Of a stretch of 64,000 nucleotides of DNA, positions 1-8,211 are shown piece by piece (the stretch's first letter is position 1; each line of letters begins with the position of its first letter). The position numbers and the translations under genes were made by a program. The notes under the pieces were generated by a model that worked only from the letters and a program-made list of their open reading frames with translations, made no database searches and was not told the origin of the DNA. The stretch comes from a virus: positions 19,509-83,508 of the IMG/VR virus record IMGVR_UViG_3300045988_101743, one strand, 5' to 3'.

Positions 1-382
1 ATTGCTGAATATTGTTGGCTACATGATGGAATACTCTGCGATAAACCTCGAATACTGGGCGAACCTTGCGAGCAACAAAATACTCCAAGCAAGCGGAAGT
101 GATGTAGTAATCAACTTTGTTGTTACCACCCCAATCTTGCTCCGCATTTTGGGGGAGCGAGCTATTTTCGCTCTTTTGGATAGCAATGTAATCAACGTTC
201 TCCATAAAGTTAGCTTTTAATGCTCTAACCGCATTATCTTTACGAGAATAAGCTAACTGCCAAACATCATCAAGGTTTACGGAAAATACCTTGTCTTGTT
301 GGTCTAATGCCAACACACCGCGGAAGTAGCGTTCAATATCCGATGGAACACTATCCTTCGTTAAAATTAAATTTTCGTTCAT
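1..382 (-). CDS. Partial CDS (3' end off-window). N-terminal about 127 aa read MNENLILTKDSVPSDIERYFRGVL...DVWQLAYSRKDNAVRALKANF; possibly a Bro-N/antirepressor-like DNA-binding domain (tentative).
   Basis: Uninterrupted minus-strand frame from ATG (cat at 380-382) to the window edge. It overlaps and supersedes the listed + ORF 2..220. A degenerate ATCAACCCAAC upstream element is present. Confidence 0.35.
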   Translation of the reverse strand, partial: MNENLILTKDSVPSDIERYFRGVLALDQQDKVFSVNLDDVWQLAYSRKDNAVRALKANFMENVDYIAIQKSENSSLPQNAEQDWGGNNKVDYYITSACLEYFVARKVRPVFEVYRRVFHHVANNIQQ

Positions 383-774
383 TTCGATATATTTTTGAAC
401 GTTAAACAAATGTTGGGTTGATACACGAAAAGGGTGTACCGCTACCCTTTGTTCAATGCCTATATCGGAAAGCACGCACACACCATTACGATATGTGCAA
501 GGGGCGATACACCTATATCTTTGATATGGATATATCAGTCTCGTAAGATTAAGAGCATAAAAAATGCTCCACCGAATTGACGGAAGAGCTTCCTATTTCT
601 CTCCCGATATATTTATTGAACGCTGCAAAGATACGAAAAATATTCCAATCTTGCGTGTGCTAAGTAAACCTTTAACCAAACTTTAACATTTGGCTTATTG
701 ATTATTCTTTCTATTTGTTGAGAGGATATAATAAACCCACCTACCTTTGTGGGGTAGATGGGTAAAAAGTAATT

Positions 775-1329
775 TTAGTTGTCGCTTAAACTTCTACCGA
801 ATTTTTTAACTATACAATATGCTTGTACATATTCATCAGTCGCATCAAAAGTGTCTTTCTTGCAACATTTTTTCTTTACAAATGAATCCGTATCAGCATA
901 CTCCAGCGGTAATGAAAATGCGAGCATACCAGTTGCCTCTCCTAACCAATCACTATCGATACAATGTGCATTCTCGGATTTGTCGCTCATGAACGAAACG
1001 AACAGGTTATTTTCGTATCTTAATAGGATAAACTGGCCCTTTCCATTTACATGACCTCCATAGGCATTTTCGGCAACAAATCTAAAATTCATTACACACA
1101 GTGAGTCGCTGGATGCTACAATACTAAAATCACTTAATTTTGTCGCATCTGGGTTTCTGAAATTATCTTTTATATATTCGTGTAATTGCCGATTGCATTC
1201 TTCTTGAAATAAAACCTTTTTGGGTTTCTCTGTTGGCTTTGGAGCTTGCTTTGGCTTTTCTTTGCATGCTCCAAGCAACACTACCGCCAGCATTACCGCC
1301 AGCACGGATAAAATCTTCTTCATAAGCAT
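775..1329 (-). CDS. Secreted lipoprotein (signal peptide plus lipobox LLGAC), 184 aa.
   Basis: The N-terminus MLMKKILSVLAVMLAVVLLGACKEK is a classic lipoprotein signal. The gene lacks the TTGGTTAATA upstream element of its neighbours. A hairpin at 734-765 could serve as its terminator. Confidence 0.55.
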   Translation of the reverse strand: MLMKKILSVLAVMLAVVLLGACKEKPKQAPKPTEKPKKVLFQEECNRQLHEYIKDNFRNPDATKLSDFSIVASSDSLCVMNFRFVAENAYGGHVNGKGQFILLRYENNLFVSFMSDKSENAHCIDSDWLGEATGMLAFSLPLEYADTDSFVKKKCCKKDTFDATDEYVQAYCIVKKFGRSLSDN

Positions 1330-1873
1330 GATCTTTTAGTTATTGTTATTAGCTCTGCGAAATTACAAAATTCAGTTAACGCACGCAAGCCTTTTGCCGG
1401 ATTTAACACTTCCAAAACAGGCGCTTTCACGCACCCGAATTTATCGCGTTTCGCAAAATATTACACCGAAATTGCAGTTTCGCACGATTTCCGCACGAAA
1501 TGCGCACGATTTCGCACACCTTTACTCCTATGTATCAGTGAGTTACAAAACACTTGCGCACGATTTCCGCACGATTTCCGCACGGCTCGCACACTCGTAT
1601 TTCTTAACACGGAAAATCAAAACCGCTTATAGTCAGCGAGTTACGTTCGTCGTGGCCTCGGGGAAATTTACAAAATCGGCTAAAATCGGCAAAAATTCAT
1701 CCTCGCGCGCGTATTAGTACTATACCAGTATAGTATATTAAATATATATTATATATATTATTTATATTAAATTATTATTATGTCCGAAATCGAAAATTTT
1801 CGTGCGTGTTCTATGAGAGAGTAATTTTTTTTGAGCTTTCCGAACACCCCCAAAGCCCCCTCTTTTTCCTATG

Positions 1874-1910
1874 ACAAAAAACAATCCCCACCTACGCTTG
1901 GCAGGTGGGG
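1874..1910 (-). terminator. Intrinsic terminator for leftward gene 1961..2428.
   Basis: Hairpin ccccacctacgcttggcaggtgggg (1887-1910) is followed on the minus strand by a T-run (plus-strand aaaaaacaa at 1875-1884). Confidence 0.55.
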
Positions 1911-1960
1911 AGAGAAATGAGAAAACTTTTTGGAGTGTTTGAGTTTTCTGTAACGCTCGC

Positions 1961-2428
1961 TTACGAGTTCCTGACGAGGAACTTCACTCTATTGCTCTGA
2001 AGGAAATACTTGGCGGCGTTGACAACATTCTGATCATCATCAATCCACATAAGACAGTTGCCATCCTCGAACACACACTCCGCATCATTCAGTAGCATTG
2101 GTAGCTCCTTTTCTGCCTTCTGCCTGTTAAACTCTGACTGGAACTCGTCAAAGTCGATGATATCGCAAAGCACGATTCTACGCTTACCATCGCGAAAGTT
2201 GGGTAAATAATCGTAGTTCTCATTCAGGTAGGCCTTCAGCTCGTCAATCTGCTCCTGTGTCGGCTCACCTGTCTCGTCGAGCTCGTCGTCATCGAAAAAC
2301 TCCTCGTAGCCCGTTCCGTTTTCGGCCACGCTGATAATATAGTCAGCGATAGAGTCGTAGCCGTTGATGATGGAAGCCGCATTGTCGTGTGCAATACCCT
2401 GCACGTATGTGTCTATTGATTTTCTCAT
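1961..2428 (-). CDS. Hypothetical acidic protein, 155 aa.
   Basis: Long ORF with coherent codon usage and ATG start. A terminator follows directly downstream on the minus strand. Confidence 0.5.
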   Translation of the reverse strand: MRKSIDTYVQGIAHDNAASIINGYDSIADYIISVAENGTGYEEFFDDDELDETGEPTQEQIDELKAYLNENYDYLPNFRDGKRRIVLCDIIDFDEFQSEFNRQKAEKELPMLLNDAECVFEDGNCLMWIDDDQNVVNAAKYFLQSNRVKFLVRNS

Positions 2429-2491
2429 GTGTGTGACTTAACCGTGATGTCGAGGGCTGAATAGTTGTTGTTAAATCAGTTTGTTAGTTAG

Positions 2492-2833
2492 TTAGAACGT
2501 CTGCTCGGTCTCGAACTCCACTTTGTTTTCCCAATCGAAGGAGTCGGTATCACTCTCCTCTTCTGGCGAGAGATACCAGTATGCGGTCAACCTGCAACCG
2601 TCCATTGTGACGGGCGCACCTGCATACTCAGCCTTTCCGATATGTTCGGGGTTCTCGAATGATGGGTACATAACCCTGCTGGTTGGCTCTGCGTTTGAAG
2701 CCGTCGCCTTGCTGACGATATCCTCGCCAAACTTGCTAATCGCTTCCGCTTTGCTTAATTTCTTCATAATTTTGTTGTTGTTAATGGTTCGTTGTGAAAT
2801 GCCCGTCAAGCCGATAGCGCAGCTTTGGTCCAT
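2492..2833 (-). CDS. Hypothetical protein, 113 aa.
   Basis: ORF probably co-transcribed with 2834..3097; it has no upstream element of its own. Confidence 0.4.
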   Translation of the reverse strand: MDQSCAIGLTGISQRTINNNKIMKKLSKAEAISKFGEDIVSKATASNAEPTSRVMYPSFENPEHIGKAEYAGAPVTMDGCRLTAYWYLSPEEESDTDSFDWENKVEFETEQTF

Positions 2834-3097
2834 TTAATCAACGCAGAACCATGGTGACACGTACACTGGGTCGTTGAAATCGACAAACTCCCCCTTGTCG
2901 TCGAGAGACAAGATGTCGTCCTCGTACACCTCGTAACGGGCCACGTGCGCATCCGCACCGCACTCGCGCTTGTCGTCAACAATCTTCTTGTTTCCAATCA
3001 GGAAACGGATGCGCGACTCCGCATACTCGAGGCTGCTTTGGCAGTCTACGCGAGACGCATGTTTGGCCTCGTCGATGAAATAAATCACATACATCAT
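2834..3097 (-). CDS. Hypothetical protein, 87 aa.
   Basis: ORF with ATG start. A variant upstream element (ATAACCCTTTAATTTT) sits about 20 nt 5' on the minus strand. Confidence 0.45.
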   Translation of the reverse strand: MMYVIYFIDEAKHASRVDCQSSLEYAESRIRFLIGNKKIVDDKRECGADAHVARYEVYEDDILSLDDKGEFVDFNDPVYVSPWFCVD

Positions 3098-3127
3098 AAA
3101 TGATAAAAATTAAAGGGTTATGTAATG

Positions 3128-4063
3128 TTAGCTAAACAACGCCAGTACCTGTTTGCTGATTTTCTTTCGAGCACAGATATAGTTTGACGTCATTGTGATG
3201 TTCGGTACATTTCCGCTTATGTGGCCCATCATGATGGCAATCTGCTCCAATGGGCAACCCTTGAGCGACAGGAGCGTTGCGAAGGTCCTGCGCCCCGTGT
3301 GTGTCGCAATGAACTGGTACTTCTTCCCGACCTTTGTCTTGCCGTTCGAGAACACGGACACCTCGTCGGTTATGCCGCATTTCCTGCACATGTCCCTAAT
3401 CGGTTCGTTTAGGTGGTCGTTACGAATGTTTCTCTCATTGTCGGCCCAATCGTCCACAAGGTATTGAAGAAGCCATCTGTGTACGGGCACAGACACCTCT
3501 ACGGGGTGTTTTTGTGGAACGTACGTAAGGTACTCTGTGCCGTCGATGGTGTGCAGGTTGGCGATCGTGAACCTTCGGCAGTCAACACACCTCGCGCCAG
3601 TAAGGCACTCGCGCATGAACATGAACTTGGCGTAACGCTCACGCTCGTTCATCGGCTGGTAGTTGTGCAGCCTCTTGAGCTCGGCGGACGTAAGGTACAC
3701 GTTCTGCGACGGAACCTTCTTGGACTTGAGGATTGTTGAGAAAGTCTTTGACTTGATGGGTTTCGTGGCCGAGTTCCTGTTGAGGATGGCCTTTAGCTCC
3801 GCGCATATAGTACGAACGCTGTTTGGCGACATCTCGGACAGCATATCCTCCTTTAGGTCGGACAGGGTGTCGTCGGTCAGGTCCTCCCACTCGGGAGTCC
3901 TTCCTATGATGTCCCTAAGCCTTACAAGCGTAGTGATCCTGCCTGGATGCTTGCGACACCACGTTCCCGAGAACGAATGCCAACGAGGGTTCTCTACGGT
4001 CAGGAACCCATGCTTGATAGCGGAGGAGTATTTCTTCCTCTGCTCTTCAGTTAGTTGTTTCAT
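3128..4063 (-). CDS. int: Tyrosine site-specific recombinase (phage integrase), 311 aa.
   Basis: The C-terminal catalytic region shows the R..H..R..Y pattern: HTGRRTFATLL...MMGHISGNV...SNYICARK. A TTGGTTAATA element lies at 4079-4088, upstream of the ATG at 4061-4063. Confidence 0.8.
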   Translation of the reverse strand: MKQLTEEQRKKYSSAIKHGFLTVENPRWHSFSGTWCRKHPGRITTLVRLRDIIGRTPEWEDLTDDTLSDLKEDMLSEMSPNSVRTICAELKAILNRNSATKPIKSKTFSTILKSKKVPSQNVYLTSAELKRLHNYQPMNERERYAKFMFMRECLTGARCVDCRRFTIANLHTIDGTEYLTYVPQKHPVEVSVPVHRWLLQYLVDDWADNERNIRNDHLNEPIRDMCRKCGITDEVSVFSNGKTKVGKKYQFIATHTGRRTFATLLSLKGCPLEQIAIMMGHISGNVPNITMTSNYICARKKISKQVLALFS

Positions 4064-4078
4064 GACTCATAATGGATA

Positions 4079-4089
4079 TTGGTTAATAT
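4079..4089 (-). promoter_or_regulatory. Conserved TTATTAACCAA early-gene upstream element (integrase copy).
   Basis: This copy lies about 16 nt upstream of the integrase ATG. It is one of at least 17 copies of the same 11-12-mer upstream of leftward genes. Confidence 0.5.
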
Positions 4090-4140
4090 ATGGCTCCGCA
4101 CACCTGTTTCACAAAGCGTGCGGATGTTGGCCAAACGCCC

Positions 4141-4641
4141 TTAGATGAGAGATACGGCTGCCGTGCCGGACAGCTTTCCCCTCTTCTTCTCAACAACATA
4201 CCCTCCCATTATGCGCAACATAGAGAGACTGTTCTCATAGAAAGGGTTGTCAACGATGATATATGTTGACGAATACAGCGTACGTTTTTTAATCTCTGAC
4301 GCATAATCGCTGAACCCTTCCGCTCCATAGTTGCGAATGCTGTATTTAATCCACTCGTCGAGGTCTATGTTCATGGTCTTCCAACCGCGTTCCCTGTCTT
4401 CGTCTGACAAGTTCCAGTATTCGTGACGGTCCCATCCGTACTCTCCGTCCTTCTTCATTCTCTCAACCTCTTCGCCAGTCTTGATGTCGACAAAACGAGT
4501 ACGTAGCACGACGAGCCTACTGTTGACGTCTCGCTCGGAGAAGTATCCGGCCACGGCGTTCATGAAGCCTGTTGTGTCAAACTTGTTCGGAACGAAACCC
4601 TTCTCCTTCAGAAGGTCTTTCGCCGTGATGATTTTTCCCAT
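4141..4641 (-). CDS. Hypothetical protein, 166 aa.
   Basis: ORF with ATG at 4639-4641 and upstream element AATGGTTAATA at 4659-4669. Confidence 0.55.
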   Translation of the reverse strand: MGKIITAKDLLKEKGFVPNKFDTTGFMNAVAGYFSERDVNSRLVVLRTRFVDIKTGEEVERMKKDGEYGWDRHEYWNLSDEDRERGWKTMNIDLDEWIKYSIRNYGAEGFSDYASEIKKRTLYSSTYIIVDNPFYENSLSMLRIMGGYVVEKKRGKLSGTAAVSLI

Positions 4642-4699
4642 AAATGCTTAGTTGTTTTAATGGTTAATATACGTTCGCAAAGGTAGGTAAATTATCTTA

Positions 4700-6139
4700 T
4701 AACAACCAACCTTTTTATCTCTTTAACATAATAAATTCCGTCTGGCTCACAGGTGTGCGCACACGGCGAAAATATAGGCGCACTCTGAGGGTAGTGTAGC
4801 GTTCCTGTACGTGTGTGGTGTGGAGTGTGAGACGGCACGGTTTAATGAAAGCGACAGCTTATTAAACGGTACCATAGCTCAGAGTCCACCGAATTGAGCC
4901 CTCCTTGTGCGCCTTCGGCTGCTATGCCGAATCCATGTGTCAGACGGCGCGCCGCATGACTATACTTCAATGACTAATTATGCGTGAGTCACGATGAAGG
5001 ATCGACGTCTGAGGGATACGAAGACGTCGATCTTGATTCAAGAGACTCATGCTTAAGATAATGTCGTCCTTCACAATGGAAAACTGCGGTTTTTGAATTG
5101 GTGGGCACGCTCAGACGGCGTGTAGCCTATCTGTACGTCATTGATACGCACCCGTTGCGTAGTGAAATGGTCCGCGTTCGATTTGCACGCGGACCATGAT
5201 CCGTAACAAACGGGGGCATTGAATTGTCCGTCCTTGCGTGTCCGTAGGGCTATCTGCTTGCTCCCCTCATTGACCTTGGCGCAACGCTATACTCAGTTGA
5301 TGTAAGCTGAGGGATAGACCCGGGTGAAAGGATGTCCGTTGGCATCAAGGAACCCGGGTGATACCCAGCTTTCATAAATGTGGTCAAACTTGGGAAACTA
5401 CCCATGCGTTTGGGTTTTCGCGATTGCAGGCGGCTTGGTACAGTCGTCTACTTGATTGTTTTGTGCAATACTCGCCAGAAGACCGACATAGAGGTCGTCT
5501 GGTTAGAGACTTGCTTGATAAATGATGTCGCTCGCCATCGCGCTTTGGCGGTGTACTCCGCCTATGGATTGCGAAACAGACTGGCGCATCGCTTTATTAG
5601 CTTGATATAACCCGCCTTCTGAAAGAGATGGTTCCTGAAATCGGACGTTCGGTAGAACATGCGTTTCAGTGCTCCATCTCTCTCCTTGAGAGGCGGCGTT
5701 ATTGAATTTGCCCGTTCCTCATCCATCACCGTGCGCCCGGTGCTCATAAAGGATCCACTCATGGCACATCCCGCATCGCATTACGTGTGTGATACGAATC
5801 CTGTGGGAATGACCGGATAATCCAACCTAAAGCCTCGCCGATAAGGCAGGCTTTGGCTCGGATGAGCCGGTTCACTCACCAGGACGCTAAATGTTGTGCC
5901 CGTCGTGAAGCGACCCTGCGGTGGGTTTGTGTCTTCCGTCATGTCGCGTTCCACATTGCAATACTGCGTTGATGTTGTGCGGCGTTGACACTGGCATCGT
6001 TAAGCCCGGTGTGGGTTTCAAGGATGCCAGTGGGAGGCCGTCTTCTTCCAGCGCGTTAGAGCTGGACCGAAGACGGACGTACGCCGCATGCTGAATATGC
6101 GACCATTCGGAAGACGGGCCCTGCGGTGGGTCACAACCA
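4700..6139 (-). ncRNA. Candidate large structured non-coding RNA or RT-associated template, directly 3' of the RT gene. It is called here only as an ORF-free, hairpin- and repeat-rich region with no assigned family.
   Basis: About 1.44 kb with no plausible ORF in a genome whose intergenic gaps are otherwise under 100 bp. Perfect 10-11 bp hairpins sit at about 5001-5033 and 5169-5198, and a two-tier hairpin at 6049-6087. A 13-nt direct repeat ccctgcggtgggt (5913-5925 and 6119-6131) flanks inverted gtcttccg/cggaagac. No TTGGTTAATA element occurs inside. The only upstream element available is that of the RT gene. Confidence 0.35.
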
Positions 6140-7405
6140 TTAGAGGTTGGCGACAAGCGCGCCGTACGCGGCCTTGCTTGTGCGTAGGGCCTTCTGGGCG
6201 CATCCGATTGACAGGAAGCCGCAAAGCTCCTTGTCGACCTTCGCCCTGTTGGCCTTGACGTTTCGGCCACGGCCACGGTCTATGCAACCTACGGCCTGTG
6301 TCTTGACGTACCCGAGGCCACCAACCTTCGTCTTGCCTGTGCCTACCGCACGTATGCAGTCCATGGCAAAGGCGTTGAGCTTGTCGATGTCCTCCTTGAC
6401 ATTGAGGACGGGAAGAACCTGTGTGGCCCACGAGAACTCACCGTAGCCCTTGTAGAGGTATCGGTTGACAGCGTTGATGGCTTTCGCCATCGTATTGCCG
6501 CGCTTCTTGATGGTCCTTCTCTCAATCTCCTTCTGGAAGGTCTTGATCCTCTTTGCGGAGAGTGAGATGCTCCTTCCCTTGATGGAATACCCGAGGAACT
6601 TGAACCAGTGGTCCGAGTCAAGGTATTCGACCTTCTTGGGATTGAGCGTCATGCCCATCTTGGCCAGCTCCTCCGTCATGATCACCATGGCCTCCTTGTA
6701 GTCCTTTCCGATGAACAGCGTGTCGTCAGAGTAGCGGACGTAGTATCCGCCGAGACGGGACAGCCTGTCATCGATATGGTACAGGACCACGTCGGCGAGC
6801 CATGAGGCAACGCTGCAACCCTGCTTTAACGACTGGTACTTCTCTTGTAGAACGCCTTCTGTGTCAAAATAGTAGTTGCAATGGTAGTAATCCCTGATGA
6901 CATCAACGAGAGCCGACTTACCGAACTTGTCCTCGACCTTGTCAAAGGCCCAGTCAACGAACGCAAGCGGCACCGTGTCGAAATACTTCGACAGGTCGGA
7001 CTTGAAGCCTATGACCGTACCGTTGGCGGAGGCTATCCTTGTGGAAACCTCCTGTACGACACGGCCACAACCCAGGCCCTTTTGGTAGGACTTGCAATTG
7101 GGATGCACCATCTCGGGCATAATCTCAAACAACAGGTCGTTTGCGATGCTGAGAAGAATGCGGTCGGCAGGCTCATTGATATAGACGGTACGGAACTCTC
7201 CGTTGTCCTTTGGTATGAGCGCCGTGTGTGGCGGCATGATCTTGTACTTTCCGTCACGTATTCTCCTATACATCTCAGCGCGCGCCTGTGGCGTAGTGAG
7301 CCTGTACATCGTGGCCTTGTCCATGTCCTTGTCCATGCCCTTCGCTATGGCGTATTGCCAACGCTCGGGCTCAAAGAACATCTGTAAGATTTTGTCTTCT
7401 TTCAT
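6140..7405 (-). CDS. Reverse transcriptase of the group II intron / retron / DGR superfamily (RT domains 0-7 plus thumb, no endonuclease domain), 421 aa.
   Basis: RT motifs identified: motif 1-2 (LIPKDNGEFRTVYINEPADRILL); motif 4, B (QGCSVASWLADVVL); motif 5, C (VRYSDDTLFIG, YxDD box); motif 6 (MGMTLNPKKVEYL); motif 7 (FKFLGYSI); thumb / domain X-like (AINAVNRYLYKGYGEFSW). A TTGGTTAAT element at 7413-7421 is shared with the other early genes. Confidence 0.85.
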   Translation of the reverse strand: MKEDKILQMFFEPERWQYAIAKGMDKDMDKATMYRLTTPQARAEMYRRIRDGKYKIMPPHTALIPKDNGEFRTVYINEPADRILLSIANDLLFEIMPEMVHPNCKSYQKGLGCGRVVQEVSTRIASANGTVIGFKSDLSKYFDTVPLAFVDWAFDKVEDKFGKSALVDVIRDYYHCNYYFDTEGVLQEKYQSLKQGCSVASWLADVVLYHIDDRLSRLGGYYVRYSDDTLFIGKDYKEAMVIMTEELAKMGMTLNPKKVEYLDSDHWFKFLGYSIKGRSISLSAKRIKTFQKEIERRTIKKRGNTMAKAINAVNRYLYKGYGEFSWATQVLPVLNVKEDIDKLNAFAMDCIRAVGTGKTKVGGLGYVKTQAVGCIDRGRGRNVKANRAKVDKELCGFLSIGCAQKALRTSKAAYGALVANL

Positions 7406-7412
7406 AATTCTA

Positions 7413-7421
7413 TTGGTTAAT
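7413..7421 (-). promoter_or_regulatory. Conserved early-gene upstream element (RT copy).
   Basis: Reads cataattctattggttaat on the plus strand, i.e. ATTAACCAATAGAATTATG on the minus strand, immediately 5' of the RT start codon. Confidence 0.5.
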
Positions 7422-7478
7422 GTTAAACATGTGCCCTACTCTTTATGTAGGGCTTAGGGCTACGACACATTCAAGCGC

Positions 7479-7970
7479 TTAGGCCTTTTGGGTTCTTGCC
7501 GCAAAAAGGAGTGATTTCCATTCGTCATAGGAAACATACAACTCGAATAAGTCGTACTTCTCCATACCGCACTCCTTTCTCTTTGCCACAGCGGTACGCC
7601 TGTTGTCGCAAAAAACATACACGTCGTTGTTGTCCCTGAAATACCAGTAGCACACGCCAGGGCCATTCGTGAGGAATATCTCCTTGTCGCGCTCCCACAA
7701 CTGCTCTCTAAGGAGTAGTCTCTGATTCCGAATGCACGTTCTGTTGATGTCGTCGGCTTTAAGTGTAGTCACGAACTTGTGCTTACAACGCTTCTCAATC
7801 AGCTTGAGAAGGTTGGGGCGCCATGCCTCGTTGTCCACAAACGGGAAGTCTCTGTTCTGGAATGAATACTCCGTACCGCTGACGCTTACGTGTATCTCAC
7901 TTTTGTTCTCAATGGGCGCGTTCTTGACAGCGTCAAGGAGGCTTGAAATCTCTGCTTTTGTCATATTCAT
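7479..7970 (-). CDS. Hypothetical protein, 163 aa.
   Basis: ORF with ATG at 7968-7970 and upstream element at 7979-7990. Confidence 0.55.
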   Translation of the reverse strand: MNMTKAEISSLLDAVKNAPIENKSEIHVSVSGTEYSFQNRDFPFVDNEAWRPNLLKLIEKRCKHKFVTTLKADDINRTCIRNQRLLLREQLWERDKEIFLTNGPGVCYWYFRDNNDVYVFCDNRRTAVAKRKECGMEKYDLFELYVSYDEWKSLLFAARTQKA

Positions 7971-8211
7971 AAATTTTTAATGGTTAATAAGAGAGCCGGC
8001 CATGAGCTAACATGACCGACTGTTTTGGCCCAATGTCGCAGGCATGGCGCCTGTCTTTAGTCTTTCGATCTAATAAGCTGCCTTCTGTGAAGGCTGCTGG
8101 ATACTTCACACTAAAGGTGTTACCTTGTGTGAGTATCCACCGCCTTCGGTTTGAGAAGCTTATGTGAATTTTTGCCTGCCCACACTGGGGCGCTTGGCGT
8201 TTAGGTGAGCG

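Noticed and set aside
2-220. 72-aa + ORF at the window start
   Set aside because: It is antisense to a longer, better-behaved minus-strand frame (1..382) that has an ATG and an upstream element variant.
1343-1717. 124-aa + ORF
   Set aside because: It is composed of the CGCACGATTTC repeat block and AT-rich sequence. It has no coding periodicity, so it is treated as non-coding.
4700-6139. Diversity-generating retroelement template repeat paired with a tail-fibre variable region
   Set aside because: No about 100-bp near-identical partner to any part of this region was seen at the 3' ends of the fibre genes (45700-45963; 49400-49680). The fibres are more than 30 kb away and on the opposite strand. 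No adenine-rich TR-like segment is apparent. A computed local alignment of this region against the whole window is still worth running.
5887-6431. ORFs 5887..6276 and 6018..6431 (-), 6147..6446 (+)
   Set aside because: They are out-of-frame overlaps of the RT 3' end and the GC-rich start of the ncRNA candidate. Their reads are Arg/Pro/Gly-rich junk-like translations.
6140-7460. Canonical group II intron containing the RT
   Set aside because: Only about 55 bp separate the RT start from the upstream element and the stop of the next gene. There is no room for ribozyme domains I-III 5' of the ORF, and no recognisable domain V (AGC...GNRA...) was found by eye on either strand of 4700-6140. A permuted or degenerate relative cannot be excluded without covariance models.
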